Source: Auanema rhodensis (Eukaryota > Animalia > Nematoda). Taken from it: 64,000 nt of DNA. Below, piece after piece: positions 50,455 to 63,408 of the stretch (position 1 is its first letter; each line of letters opens with the position of its first letter). The stretch is from contig OZ059899.1 of the NCBI GenBank assembly GCA_964057225.1, positions 13,826,001 to 13,890,000 on the forward strand, in the 5' to 3' direction. The position numbers and the translations under genes are program-made. Below the pieces are notes generated by a model. It was not told the origin of the DNA, searched no databases, and saw only the letters and a program-made list of their open reading frames with translations.

Positions 50455-51738
50455 GAAATAGATGTGTAATTCTCTGAAAATTAAAGCAGAAATAGATATA
50501 TAAATCATATAAGTATTCATGTTTGATCATATGAAGCATTTTTGTCTCCAAGTTTTTAAACTTTTTTTTAGACAAAATTATTGAAATGATTGAGATTCAG
50601 CAATATACATAAATGCTGCAGCTACTGCTACTGCATTTGATAGGTTGGCAGGTTGGTAGTCTAAGGTTTGTCAAGTTGCTTAAAAAGCGGAAAACGATCC
50701 TATATTAAGTAAAAGAAGGATAGATGTATGAAACATAGTTGAAACAAAGAAAAAGTTCAAAACTTAGTCAAACGCTTCTAATATTCATTACTTTTATTTT
50801 GGTTGACATAGACAATTGACACAAAGAGTTTTAAATTCATGTCTGATTTCGAACATAATTTGAACTTTTAAACCTTCATAAATCAAAATTTAATAAAATT
50901 ATATAAAAATTTATTATATAATTAAAAATAATAAATAAATAAATAAAATAATCATTTTTAATTAAATAGACAAAAACAAATATTAAGTTATTTTTGAATG
51001 GCTTACGGCACACTAACTATAGATTTATAATAAAAATTATAGATTTTTTGCTAATTGTTAGCAAAACGAAGAAAATTATAATGTTTTTTACTCAAGTAAT
51101 TTCACAATTTAATCAAAGAATATGTAAAATTAACATTTTGACTAGTTTCGTCTATGCTTTTTACAACAACTTCTTAAAGCATCTGTAGCCTGACGAGACG
51201 GCTTTTGTAAAAATTTTTATTGTATGAATGTATAATATTTATTAAAATATATTATTATACATTAACATATAACTGACAAATCTAGTTCAAAAGGTAGTTT
51301 CTTTTGAAATGAAATAGAAGAGCCAGCAGCTCCTGAAGCAGCATGATGCGGAGCTTGACACAACAGGACAGATGGCCATGAAAGGTAGATGACATACACA
51401 GGCATATACATGTATATATATATAGATACATAGTTTCATTAATTCCAAATAACAAACTAGAAAGAGAGAGAAAGAGAGAGAGAAGGGGTGAGAAGGAGAG
51501 AGATAGAAAGAGGGGGGAGGGGGGAAGAGAGAGAAAATATTTCAAAGACGAAAGTTTCAAATAATATAACAAGAGATTTGTTTTTTTTCTTCAATGTCTA
51601 CATAAAGAAATATAAAACATACATAGAGTGATAGAAAGAGTGAAAGAGAGAGCGATGAAGGGAGTGAGAGAGAGAGAGAGGTATTGAGAGGGAGTGAGAG
51701 AGAGAGAGAGGTAGAGAAAGAGAAAAAGAGGGAGGGAA

Positions 51739-52166
51739 TTAATTTAAAACGACATCAGTTCCGTATGATATAGTATTCTGTGATGTAGGCCTTTCATATG
51801 TCATGAATAATGTCTTCAATTCCAGATACATAATCTATAAAAATAGTTTTTTTGGTTTCTTTGTAACAAAAAAAAACAATAACGAGCATGAAAAAAACAA
51901 ATAATTTATAAATTTTTGGTTAAAATAACAAACCTTTCCTGTTGAATCGTGGCTAACACACCATCCCTCGGGCAATGCTGGCAATGTAGGATCTTCCCAG
52001 CTTGTTGACATCGTTAAATGATTTAAAAATATTTTTCTATTACATCTATCATATCGAATACTGAGATAATCAGGTAAATCATCATCAGATTCCTGGAAAA
52101 GGAAATGCTTAGATAGCTATGGGTAATATGTACGTAAAGCAGTATAAAACTTGGAAAAGTTGGCAT
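51739..52166 (-). CDS. 95-aa mini-protein made of two degenerate WW domains (absent from ORF track)
   Basis: Exons 52166-52134, 52092-51934, 51834-51739 (all phase 0, GT-AG): MPTFPSFILLYESDDDLPDYLSIRYDRCNRKIFLNHLTMSTSWEDPTLPALPEGWCVSHDSTGKIMYLELKTLFMTYERPTSQNTISYGTDVVLN; matches WW pattern LP.GW....D..G..YY.NH....T.W..P twice. Confidence 0.72.
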
Positions 52167-52978
52167 CTGATGCCATTTTTTTGTAAAAACACTTCCCCGT
52201 TCTTGTTTAAAAGTGAATTATCTTTTTGGAAACGAAATTCCAAAACTTGAAACAAAAATGAGCAAATGTTATCAAGAGAATATAGTATTTAATAAAATTA
52301 TTGTTTGCGAATTTTATCCTTTTTTTCAAGTTTCATAGTACTATTGGGAGGGACACGGAACAAGTTCGAGAGCTAATACAAGTTGATAAAGTTTGAAATG
52401 TTAGCATGCAACTTACCAACAAAGCTGAAGTTTCCATCAGAATTAGCGAAATATATAGAAAAAAAAACTTTTTTCACTTTTCAAATAGGAAAGATTCTAA
52501 ATAATCAATTATTCTATGATAGCACCATGTTGGAGCTGATAAGAGCAATCGAGAGAAGGTAAGAAGGGTGACTCACAGAGAGATTTCTATTGAACTCTCT
52601 TTCATCCAAAAACATTTATTTCAAATTATTTATAAAGAAAATGAATGTCTAGACATATACTATACATCTTAACTTTAATTTTAATAAAAAAGAAATGTAA
52701 TTTTTAATTTTTAAACTATTTTGTGATGAAATTCAATTTGATGACGATGATTTGACAAAATTCTTTTTGATTCTGAATTTAGTCGACAATTCAAATGTCT
52801 TTCTATAAATTTAATTTTATATATTCAATTTTATTATCTTTTACTAATTTTTCCAAACTATTATGTGAGGTTTCGAATTTTTGTCAAATAACACGTAGTG
52901 TGCTAGCTGATCATAGTTGTTTCTGAGTCTCCTCTTGTTTCACTATACGCTCCTACAACTTCCTCAACAAACAGCATT

Positions 52979-53130
52979 ATGCTGAAGCCAAGTTTATTTC
53001 TGAGTGTTTTTAATACAACTGTTGTTTCCTTTTTATTTACTGGATTTTTGATTGGAACATTTGGTAATTCAATGATAATTCTCTGTACTATACGTAATCC
53101 AGATCTTCGTGGAAAGCCAGGTATGATTCT

Positions 53131-53178
<48 letters not shown>

Positions 53179-54166
53179 TCATTTTCTTCATCTTCAGGAA
53201 TATTGCTGGCTGTTACTGCTTTTGCTCACATAATCTGCTTATCCTCAGAGTTGATTCATGCTTATACGATCTTGATTGATACAGGCATTGAACGAATTTT
53301 GTGTTTCAAATTGCTTTTCATCTATCTCAATGCCATTCAATTCCAAGCTGCTATGTCCTTAATCATGGTTTTAGATTTACTTCTAGCCATTGTATTTCCT
53401 ATATGGTATTTCCTAATTATGCTGTTTATGCTAATTATTCCTCTAAAACTTGAAACTCTTATAGGTATAAGTCATGTCAAACAAAACTTTATTTGATTAT
53501 AATGCTTACACCACCTTCTCTATATGCTTTATCATTTCAATATCCAAGTATTATTACTTTAACTGATGATACCATACCACGATGTAATACTATGACAGGT
53601 AAGTAAGCCTTACTACTACTCCTTATAAGCCTATCCAACTTTAAAACCTATTATAGTTCTTTCCTCAGCAACAGTTAATACTATGAGAATGACATGCAAT
53701 TTCACCATATTTCTATTAACTATACTTGCATATACTATAGCTGTTGCCTATTTTTATAAAAAACGTAATTAACTTCGTCAAAAAGCTTCAACAATTCAAT
53801 AAAATTTTTCAAATTTTCAGATAAACTTGATGAACACTTAAAGCCGGTCATAAAACGTGTAGGTGTAACAGCTATATGCTTTGTCCTAACATGGTGTATA
53901 GCATCAAGTGGTTCTAATATTCTAATTCATACAAACTTAGATCTTGATCATAAAAATGCTTTCTTTTCAAGTTTGGTATAGTTAAAACAACATTTTTCAA
54001 ATAATAATTCATAAATTTCATTTTTAAGATTTGTTTTGGAATTATAAGTTATAGCCAGAACTTTTATATTTTACTTTGGAGATCAAGTTTATATCGGGAT
54101 TCGGCTAAAGAAATCATATTATCTGTTAGAAAATTCAAATCTAAAGTTTCTTCTCAAATCTATTGA
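52979..54166 (+). CDS. Serpentine chemoreceptor GPCR, Srsx-like (copy A)
   Basis: GTFGNSMIILCTIRNPDLRGKPGILLAVTAFAHIICL, DLLLAIVFPIWY, SYSQNFYILLWRS; seven hydrophobic segments over six exons. Confidence 0.85.
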
Positions 54167-54296
54167 AGTTGATAGGTAATGAAGCATAAATATTTAACTA
54201 TATTAACTATATCATATATATTATTATTATAATTATTTAGATACACTTGAAGATATTTCTCTCATCTTTTATTCATTTGTTAAATTTGTATTAAAA

Positions 54297-54805
54297 TTGG
54301 TGTGTCAATAAATACGTGGCCATAGTAAGTCATGTGGAAAAAATTTAAAAAAATGTTAAAAGCGAAAAGAATTTATTTCCAAAAATATTCTCCCCCGTTT
54401 CAATCACTTTCTTCCATCTCTTCTCTAAATTTCTTATCCCATTCCTGAAAAATAACTGAGATTTGGGCTCGAAAAAAGTTTCAATAAAAGTTTCAACTTC
54501 CTCCATAGTTTTGAAGCTTCCCGCTCTCAAACGATGTTCCATTGACCTGAACAGATGGTAATCTGTTAAGGCAAGGTCTGGAGAATAAGGGGGATGCTTC
54601 AAATCTTCCCAATCCAGCTCCTGGACCGTTTGTTGTGCCTTCGCACAACAGTGAGGTCGCGCGTTGTCGTGGAACAACGTCACGCGCCTGATGCGGTTTA
54701 AATATATTCTTATTTTGTAATTCTTTTAAAAAAAAATTAAAATTTTGTAAAAGTTAAGTATTTTTTTAAATTCTCGCGGTGGCCACGTTTTTATTGACAC
54801 ACCTA
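54297..54805 (-). mobile_element. Internally deleted mariner (D,D34D) element, ~510 bp
   Basis: Inverted repeats GGTGTGTCAATAAA(T/A)ACGTGGCCA at both ends; minus ORF 54345-54683 has LFHDNARPH...HPPYSPDLALTDYHLF with exactly 34 residues between the last two Asp; N-terminal two-thirds of the transposase missing. Confidence 0.92.
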
Positions 54806-57800
54806 TTTATTATATTTTTACAAAATAAATTGTATTTAAAAAGAAAAATAACTATAATGTTATAATATTATATTCTTAGAAAATAAATTGTATTAAAAAC
54901 AAACATAACTATAATGTTTATGATTATCTAATCATTTGTTTTGAATTTTTTTTTCATTGAAACATATTTCTTTTAGACTAATGCTGTGTCCGCCTACATA
55001 ATTGGAGCGTTAAATCTAATAAGTTTATAAAATAATTGATGAAATACTTCCAACTTGAATGTAAACTTATTAATATTATAGAATAATACAATGTTATAAA
55101 GTAGAAGAGAGAGATAGAGAGAGAGATAGAGATAGAGAGAGAGAGATAAAGAGAGAGAGGGAGATAGAGAGGGAGATAGAGAGAGGAGATGAACAATATG
55201 GGAAGATGAAAAACATTTTTAATTATTTTCACACTTTCATTCAGGCATACAATTTGAATACAGATTTAGGGGGGAGGTTGGAAGCTTTATACTTCCTTAT
55301 TTAGTTCTTAATAATAATTTCTTTTCTAAAAATAATTTTTAGAATTTACAAATAATCTCTGATATCTATTAGTTCAGATTTTATTTTTTTTGTTTTATAT
55401 TTTAAGCACAAACTGGTAATTCTGATTTGTTGTCATGAAACAAGGACTCCGAAGGTCCTTTGCACAATAGAAGTCTTTGGATTTTCTGCTTAATCATAAC
55501 TAGTGCATATATCAACTTAACTATTTCAAAATAGTTAAATATAATAATTTCAAATAAAATTTCAAGACAGTAATCAATTTAAGTTTCTCTTCTACTACAA
55601 CTACATACAATGATGCTGCTCATAAAGTTTCAGAAAGCTCATGATCCTTCACCACAAAGCAGATTATGATGAATCTGATGTCGTTTCAGTGTTTATAATA
55701 TATCAAATTCGGACATATAGTCTTTATATTTATGAGAAAATATAATAATTTAAAATTTACATCATAAAATTTCAGAAAAAATCGTCCAATACTAGCAGTC
55801 GTGGGGGCTTTCATAAGCTACATGTTTAGCAGTTGAAAGATTGAACATAGAAGAAGTGAACATCTTGTTATTATATAACACCTAAAATAGAAAAAACTAC
55901 AGTAATATTCAATAAAATGAATGATTTTCCTTTTTTTCAAACTTTTTCACAGAACTGATAAGCTTTTTCCTGTTTTAACTTCGTATTGAGAGAGATGTAG
56001 AGTACACAAACACATCAAGTTGTGACTGATGTTCCTTGAATACGTATTGTTAACTATGTTATGACAACATGTTCGTTTGTGTAGTTAGACTTGACAAGGT
56101 TGATATTAGTCCTATGAAGTGGCTACTCAGTTCTATGTTGCTCTTTTGAACCTTGACAAACCCAACTAAGCTCTTATGCATGATAGGGGGGGGGGAAGGG
56201 GGACTAACCATAAAGAACACTGAGAACATAAGAACCACAAACGATCAATCGTAACATGTAATACATATTAGTTGTCGTTGTCTTAATCTATTCTCGTTCA
56301 GTTCTCTTTCGTTGTTTAGGAAAAGCTTTTCATCCATTTTCGAAACAGTTGTAGTCGTGGGTCGATGTTACAATTCGAAGATATTATCAAGCAGGGAGAA
56401 ACGTTGTAAGTTACTAAAACTACTTGGAGACATCCAATTAGGTAAAGTACCTGACCTAAATTGGGATAAAACTGATTGGAAAGCACATGAATCATCGTAA
56501 GGTGATTGATAGAAATGCATAGATATCCTCAACTAGTGACTAAGCGATACAGAGAAATGAATGTCAAAGATTTCCAAGAGGAACAACATATGAAATCTTC
56601 TTAGTTGCATAAGGTAGTTTGATTGTAATTCTTTATACTTGCTGTTACATTTGATTTCAATTGCTCAACCACTGATAGTCCAGGCTGTTCTCTGTGTATT
56701 AGTACATTCAACTTGACTACTGATTAGGGAGAGTTTATGGATACCTCCAGGCATGACTCTACTGGATATCATCCCACTCACCTTTATTGTAAAAAGTTTT
56801 TGATGATTCCAATCAAACTGAAGCTACTGAAAATAAATGGAAAGTTCGAATTGATGTTAACAGTACCCTGGGAAGATATTCCAAGAATAGTATGAGGTTG
56901 AGATTGATGATGTTTGAGTGTTCGTCGTATTTCATTTGATTTTCAACATTTTTTGAAACAACTATCAAATCAAAGGTTTAAAATTCAATAAAAGACAATA
57001 GTTTTGCGTACAATTTGAGAAAAGAAACAACAAAAAGCAACAAGGAAATGAAAGAAACTTAAAAGGATATCAACTATCAAATGTTATTTCTGAATGAAAA
57101 AGTTGGAAACAGCAGAAAAACAGCATTCATTCTATTCATTTTCAAAAAAGTTGAAACAAGTTGCACATCTTTAAGAATATCTTTAAAAAAATAATTTAAA
57201 TAGAATAACATCATATGAACAAGAATTGAATTAAATTTATTCTGACAAGACAATATGAATGTGAATATGCTTAACCAACTTTGTTTTGATGAAAAAACAT
57301 AAAAAAGGTATATGATTTATGAATTTAATATAAAATATACATAAATATATATATATATAATATAGTTAGTACTTATATTTATTATAATTAAATATTATAT
57401 AAATATTTAAAAAATTGGAAAAATAATTACAAAAAGTAATGAGTAATGACGTCTGACGACACTCTCATCATCCGGTATTGATTAGCTTCAATTTCAAAAT
57501 GAACGAATATTTCAAAGCAGAATATTTGATATAAATAAATTAAACTTTAAGCATATCTGTAAATCATTAAGCTTGAATAGTTTGAAGCATTTTTTGAAAC
57601 TTTTTTTTCTTTGAAATTTTCATAAAAGGAATAATTACTGCAGATTTTGTATAATAATATGATTCATTAGATGAAAATCAGACATCAAAAATGAAAAAAA
57701 AGAGAAAGAAGGAAGTTTGATTATATATTATTCCAAAATTGATAAATAAAAATTATTTTAAATGAAATTAAATATTTTAAAAAAAGAATGAAAATTAAAT

Positions 57801-58999
57801 CATTTTCTTATATAATATTTTGAAAACTTGAATAGAGAGTAGAGCAAAATGTAGTGGTCATGAGCATGAGAGCTTGAGAGAAGAAGAGAGAGTTTAACGT
57901 CCAAGAGTCAAGAACTGTTATTTTCTTTTTTCTTTTTTGTTGTTAATAAACATTTTTTTCTATTTATTTTTATTATTTTTTATGGATGAAAATACTTTTA
58001 TATTACTTTATTTTTATTATTTTTATTATAATATTTACAAGGAAATAGAGATTTATGTATGTACATATAAACATATATATGTATATATGTATAAACAATC
58101 AATTACTTATATTTAAATTAAAATATTAGAAAATAAAATTATTTGTTTTTCATTATATAGTTTATGTGGAAAAAATAATCGACATATCATAACTTCTTTA
58201 TATTTAAGTTTGTATTCAAAACTTTTGTCTGAATTTTACTAAATTACTAAAATTTCATTTATTTCATATTCTATATAGATCTTTATTCTTATTTTATAGT
58301 TAAGTTTTAAGTTTTTATTCTTAATTTTAGTTACTGAAGATTTTCAGCTTTTGAAATGAAGTATGAAAATCAGAAAATGAAGTAGAAAAAACTTTAGAGA
58401 ATATGCGATCAGACACTAACACTTAGCTTTTTCTATCTTTAGAAGAAAACTTAAAATAACATCTTCTTCAATAATATTCTCTTTAAACTATAATTATATA
58501 AAATATATTTTCAATATCCAAATATATATATATATTCTTTGATTAATTATACAAACTTTGTTTAAATGATTTTTCCCACCTTTTTCTAGATTATCTGAGT
58601 TCGATCGCAATAGTTTCTTTCTATCTCACGACTCCGGACATCAATACAGAGTGAACATGATTTGGATGTTGATACACATGCTCCTACTTATTCAATGAGA
58701 AAAATCTTCCAATATATCTTGAGAATCTGTATATTCAACATGTACTTCATAAGTAATCTCTCTCTCTCTTTCTCTCTCTCTCTTTACCCCCCTCTCTCTC
58801 TATATATATATATATATAAGTATATCTATATATATTAATGAAATTAAACTATATAATATAATATTATTTTAAAAGATTATACATAATTATCTTTAATTTG
58901 TACCTTGAAATAACGACTTTTTCCCGATATTTTTCGTTATTTTACAACAAATATCTATGTTGTTGAACTTCAATTTCATATGATTTTATTAGGACAACC

Positions 59000-59139
59000 A
59001 TGAGTAATCTTCAAGATATTGTAAATATTTGTGTTATTGTCATATTGGTTGTTGGATTTTTTATCGGAACATTTGGTAATTCAATGATACTTCTCTGTAC
59101 TATACGTAATCCAGATCTTCGTGGAAAGCCAGGTATGAT

Positions 59140-59187
<48 letters not shown>

Positions 59188-60269
59188 TCCCTCTTTCTCT
59201 CTCTATTCATCTTCTTCATCTTCAGGAATATTGCTGGCTGTTACTGCTTTTGCTCACATAATCTGCTTATCCTCAGAGTTGATTCATGCTTATACGATCT
59301 TGATTGATACAGGCATTGAACGAATTTTGTGTTTCAAATTGCTTTTCATCTATCTCAATGCCATTCAATTCCAAGCTGCTATGTCCTTAATCATGGTTTT
59401 AGATTTACTTCTAGCCATTGTATTTCCTATATGGTATTTCCTAATTATGCTGTTTATGCTAATTATTCTTCTAAAACTTGAAACTCTTATAGGTATAAGT
59501 CATGTCAAACAAAACTTTATTTGATTATAATGCTTACACCACCTTCTCTATATGCTTTATCATTTCAATATCCAAGTATTATTACTTTAACTGATGATAC
59601 CATACCACGATGTAATACTATGCTAGGTACATGCCATAAACTTATTACAAACTTAGCCAGCTTAATCATTTCAGTTATTGCTGATCCTCATCTAGCTACA
59701 ATTCGTTTTAATTGCAATTTGATTGTTAATGTTCTCACAATCGTCAGCTATATCTTATCTCTAATATTCTTCTACAAAGCTTGTAAGCCACAGATTATGC
59801 TTCATACTCAATAACCACAAGTAAAAACTTAATTTAGGCATTAATCGTGACCAAATTCGGCCAGTGTTGAAACGCGTAGGAGTTACAGCTGTATTCTTCG
59901 TTTGTACATGGTTTCTGGCATCTGGAGGTGCCAATATCATATCCCGATTCAACGTGTCTAGTTCAGTTCGCAATGCCATGCATTCCAGTTTGGTGGGAGT
60001 TTAATTCATATAACTAACTTTAAAAATTAAATTACTAAATGCAAATGGATAACCAAATTATTTTTAATATTTTCAAGAATTATTTGCAGGTTATATTCGG
60101 AGTTATGACTTATAGTCAGAACTTTTATATTTTACTTTGGAGAGCACGTCGATATCGTCAGACAGCCTTTGAAATGATTTTTGTATTCAAAAAATTTCAA
60201 AAAACCCGAACTGTATCAATACGTCCATTTACATCTCATACTAATTCAAATTTTACAACAAGAACATAA
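59000..60269 (+). CDS. Serpentine chemoreceptor GPCR, Srsx-like (copy B)
   Basis: Same motifs and exon layout as copy A; TYSQNFYILLWRARRYR. Confidence 0.85.
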
Positions 60270-60316
60270 TATAATTGAAATATTATAAGAATAGTTAAGT
60301 TAACTATATGTATATA

Positions 60317-60378
60317 GATCCGTAGTACCGTTTACGGATCCGGAATTGCTGCGGATTTTCCGGATCATTTCGATCCGG
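60317..60378. repeat. Chain of three overlapping GC-rich inverted repeats
   Basis: GATCCGTA..TACGGATC, GATCCGGAA..TTCCGGATC, CCGGATC..GATCCGG. Confidence 0.75.
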
Positions 60379-61199
60379 TCCATTCAATCCTGATATGTAT
60401 GTAAATTCACTTATGCTATGTATCAAGTTTCATCGGCAACTGCTCACATTCAATGTGTTCTGTATGCTCTTTTTCAAAATCAAAAACTCAAACTTAACAA
60501 ACTTTGTTTGGAGCATTGTTAATGATAAAAGTAAAAGTGTCAGATCGTTCAATCTCTATCGCAACAAGCTTACTCTGTATATACTATGGGCTTGCATTCA
60601 TCATGTTTTCACACAAAAACCAACGATTCCTTCTATGTATTATGAATCAGCTCTCTTCCACACGTATCATGTGACTTCACTTACTTTGAAATAAGAATTA
60701 TAATAATTTTTTAAAAATTTTCAAATTAATTTCAATTTTTATTTTTATTTTCCAACTTTATTTTGTTATAAATAAAGATTATTTATTATAACTAAAGCAT
60801 TTTATATAATATCTTAATTTGGTTTTGTTGTTCTCAATTGAATAGGCTCTATGCTGCTCCGACTTGAGACCACCCAACAATGGCTTAACTCGCTCAGATT
60901 CCTCAGGGAGCTTCTGGCTTCATATACGGCAGCAATCATCACTCACTAACTGCTCATACTGAATGATGTAGTAGTATTCAGCAATATAGCTTGACTAGGT
61001 TGGAAAATTGCAAGCATATGATGATTGTGAGAGCGTTTTTGCAGAAAATGCTAACGAAATTGAGTAAATTAGACAGACACATAGACTTGGACTTCACTAT
61101 AGTTTATACATATATTGCTATGATATACGAAGAGAAGTATAGCATAAGGACAACATTCAGTTTATTGATCTTTAAACGTTTTATTTTCATTTTTCAGCT

Positions 61200-61757
61200 T
61201 TAAAATATATTTTGGTAATGCTGTGGTTGATCCGATAGCCAGTATCGGGCTCGCCAAGTTGGACGACCAAATCGTGAACTGACGGGAGATGCTTTCGAAA
61301 GAAATTGGCATCGTCGAAACATTTCACGTCTTCCATGTAATCGGACGACTTTCTCACAACCAAGATCTTAAATCAAAGATAACTTGAAATGGAAAGAAAT
61401 AGATAGAAAGGTAGATAGATAGAGAGAGAGAGAGAAAGAGAAGTGAAGAGATGTAGAGAGAGAGAGAAAGAAAAAAGAAGACATAGCGAGAGAGAGAGAG
61501 AAAAAGAGGGATAGAGAGAGAGGGGGAGAAATAGGAAAAATAGAAAAGAATACCTAGAGGACAATTCTCATAAGTATATGAAGTACAATTGGAATCAAAT
61601 GGTACATGTGAGTTAAAGTGCTGTGATCTTGCCAAGCAGATGGTAGCTGAAATATATGAAAGAAATGTATTAATTTGAATAAGAAATATAGATAATTACC
61701 TAGAAACATACCTATTTTAAAGAAAAGAATTGTATAGAAAAGAAATGAATACATCAT
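61200..61757 (-). CDS. Small secreted Cys-containing protein, ~101 aa, 3 exons
   Basis: Exons 61757-61712, 61646-61554, 61366-61200 join in phase 1: MMYSFLFYTILFFKIATICLA-RSQHFNSHVPFDSNCTSYTYENCPLDLGCEKVVRLHGRREMFRRCQFLSKASPVSSRFGRPTWRARYWLSDQPQHYQNIF. Third acceptor was chosen for frame. Confidence 0.55.
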
Positions 61758-62574
61758 GAGATGCTGGAATAGATGCAACAAGGTTGGTGTCGATCTTCAA
61801 GCCGAAAATGGCAAAAACGGAATGTGTTGAGTGGGCAGCAATTGACGACGAGCTTGCGATAACGAGCTTAAATGCTCCAAAGCAATAACGTGATTTCTAA
61901 AGTTAGTAGAAGAAGAAGGAAAAAAAGGAGGAAAAAAGTGATATAGAGAGATGGTTCAATAGAGAGGGTGAGGAATAGAGAGGGAAAAGGAGAGAGAAAG
62001 AGAGAGAAATGTGTGTTGGGGGTGGGGGAATGGAGTAAAGTAGGAGGATAAAGCTAAAATGAAATGAAGAAGCTTGATGATATTACTAAGAGATCAAACT
62101 ATTCCAATTGTAAGCTTGTCATTCAAAAACATTTGAAATACTATTTTTAATTAGAAAACAGTTCAACAACTTCGTTTATTTGAAATCAAAATGTCAGAAG
62201 TTCAAATTATCTCCGATGGACCGATGGAGAACTTCTCTGATTTTTGATGTACTTCTTCGAAGAATTATTTCCGCTTTTTACGGCAATTGATGCATTTTTT
62301 CTTGAATTCTATCTGTTGACATGACATTGAGCCTGAACGAGAAACGAAACAAAGAACGTCTACTCGGACAAGATACGACGAATGAGAGATGAAGCTCTTG
62401 ATGTTGAAGCATCAGTCTATCTACCAACATCAGTTTTCAAGGTTAACAGATTTTCGAGACGTTTTTTCTCATTCGCTTCGTCTAATCAAGGACATCGTCA
62501 TGTCCATATAAGAGGAATATCTAACTTGTACTTGTCATTTCGTCCAGCTACTATCATCAACTGAAGCTGAAGCT

Positions 62575-63408
62575 ATGGTATCTGTTGGAATTGCTTCAAC
62601 AGCTTCATTGCTTACAACATTAGTGGCTTCAGCCTTTATAACCCTTATTATGAATCAGATGAGCGAATTAGATGTGTTAATTGAATTGAATGAATTCCAG
62701 GTTCGTTAAAATGTTTTGGAAAAACAACAACAACAACAACCTAAATAGCAATTTCTTGTTTTCTTTTTTTTCCAGATTTATACAACAGTTATGGGTAATG
62801 AAGATGATGTTAACGATTATGATGATGATTGGATAAAGAAGTTGAAAACAAAGTTTGTTCATATAAGCAGTGAAATTAGTCAGCCTACGTTGGAAATGCT
62901 TATGGGACATAGACAACGTGGACGCAAAGCTTCGTGTCAAGTTTCTCTTTCAAAAAGTAACTTTGAATCTTGGTCTGAAGGCTGTGTGTTCAATGGACAA
63001 CAGCATTGCCCTCCAATGAGACAGGATCTTCTTCTTAATGGCTGTGATGAGCGATTGAGAGTATCTACTGCGGTGGTTGGTGATGCTATTGGGTGTGTAC
63101 ATCTGATTAAAGAAAATGAGCAAAAACGTTATTTTAGAGTAGCAGATGACTATTCTGAAGATCGTGTACGACAAACGAAATCCCTATTTAGCTGTAACTA
63201 TAACGATGAAACACGTGATACAGATGTAACACCAGAATTAATGGGTCATTCTCAGCTGAATGCAACTGCCGGATGTAGAGGATTGCAAGCAAAATCTGCT
63301 ATTCGATGCTTCCGAAGGGCAATAGGTTCAGCTGTATTCGACAGGTTACGAAAGGAAATGCTCAGAAGACAAGTTGGTAATAGTACAGAAAATTCTGGAC
63401 AAGACTAA
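62575..63408 (+). CDS. Cuticle-collagen-derived protein with degenerated Gly-X-Y domain (diverged gene or pseudogene)
   Basis: Exon 62575-62700 MVSVGIASTASLLTTLVASAFITLIMNQMSELDVLIELNEFQ resembles Col_cuticle_N; exon 62776-63408 has a basic site RQRGRK, C..HCPP and a 3-codon register of Gly or one-step-from-Gly codons. An extra upstream exon 62382-62441 is possible. Confidence 0.65.

Noticed and set aside
32748-51572. Many 60-100 aa ORFs rich in SLSLSL or RERERE
   Set aside because: Translations of (CT)n/(GA)n microsatellites.
48624-51934. WW exons as alternative 5' exons of asic-1
   Set aside because: WW exon 2 ends in phase 0 while the asic-1 acceptor needs phase 1, and the WW gene has its own terminal exon and stop.
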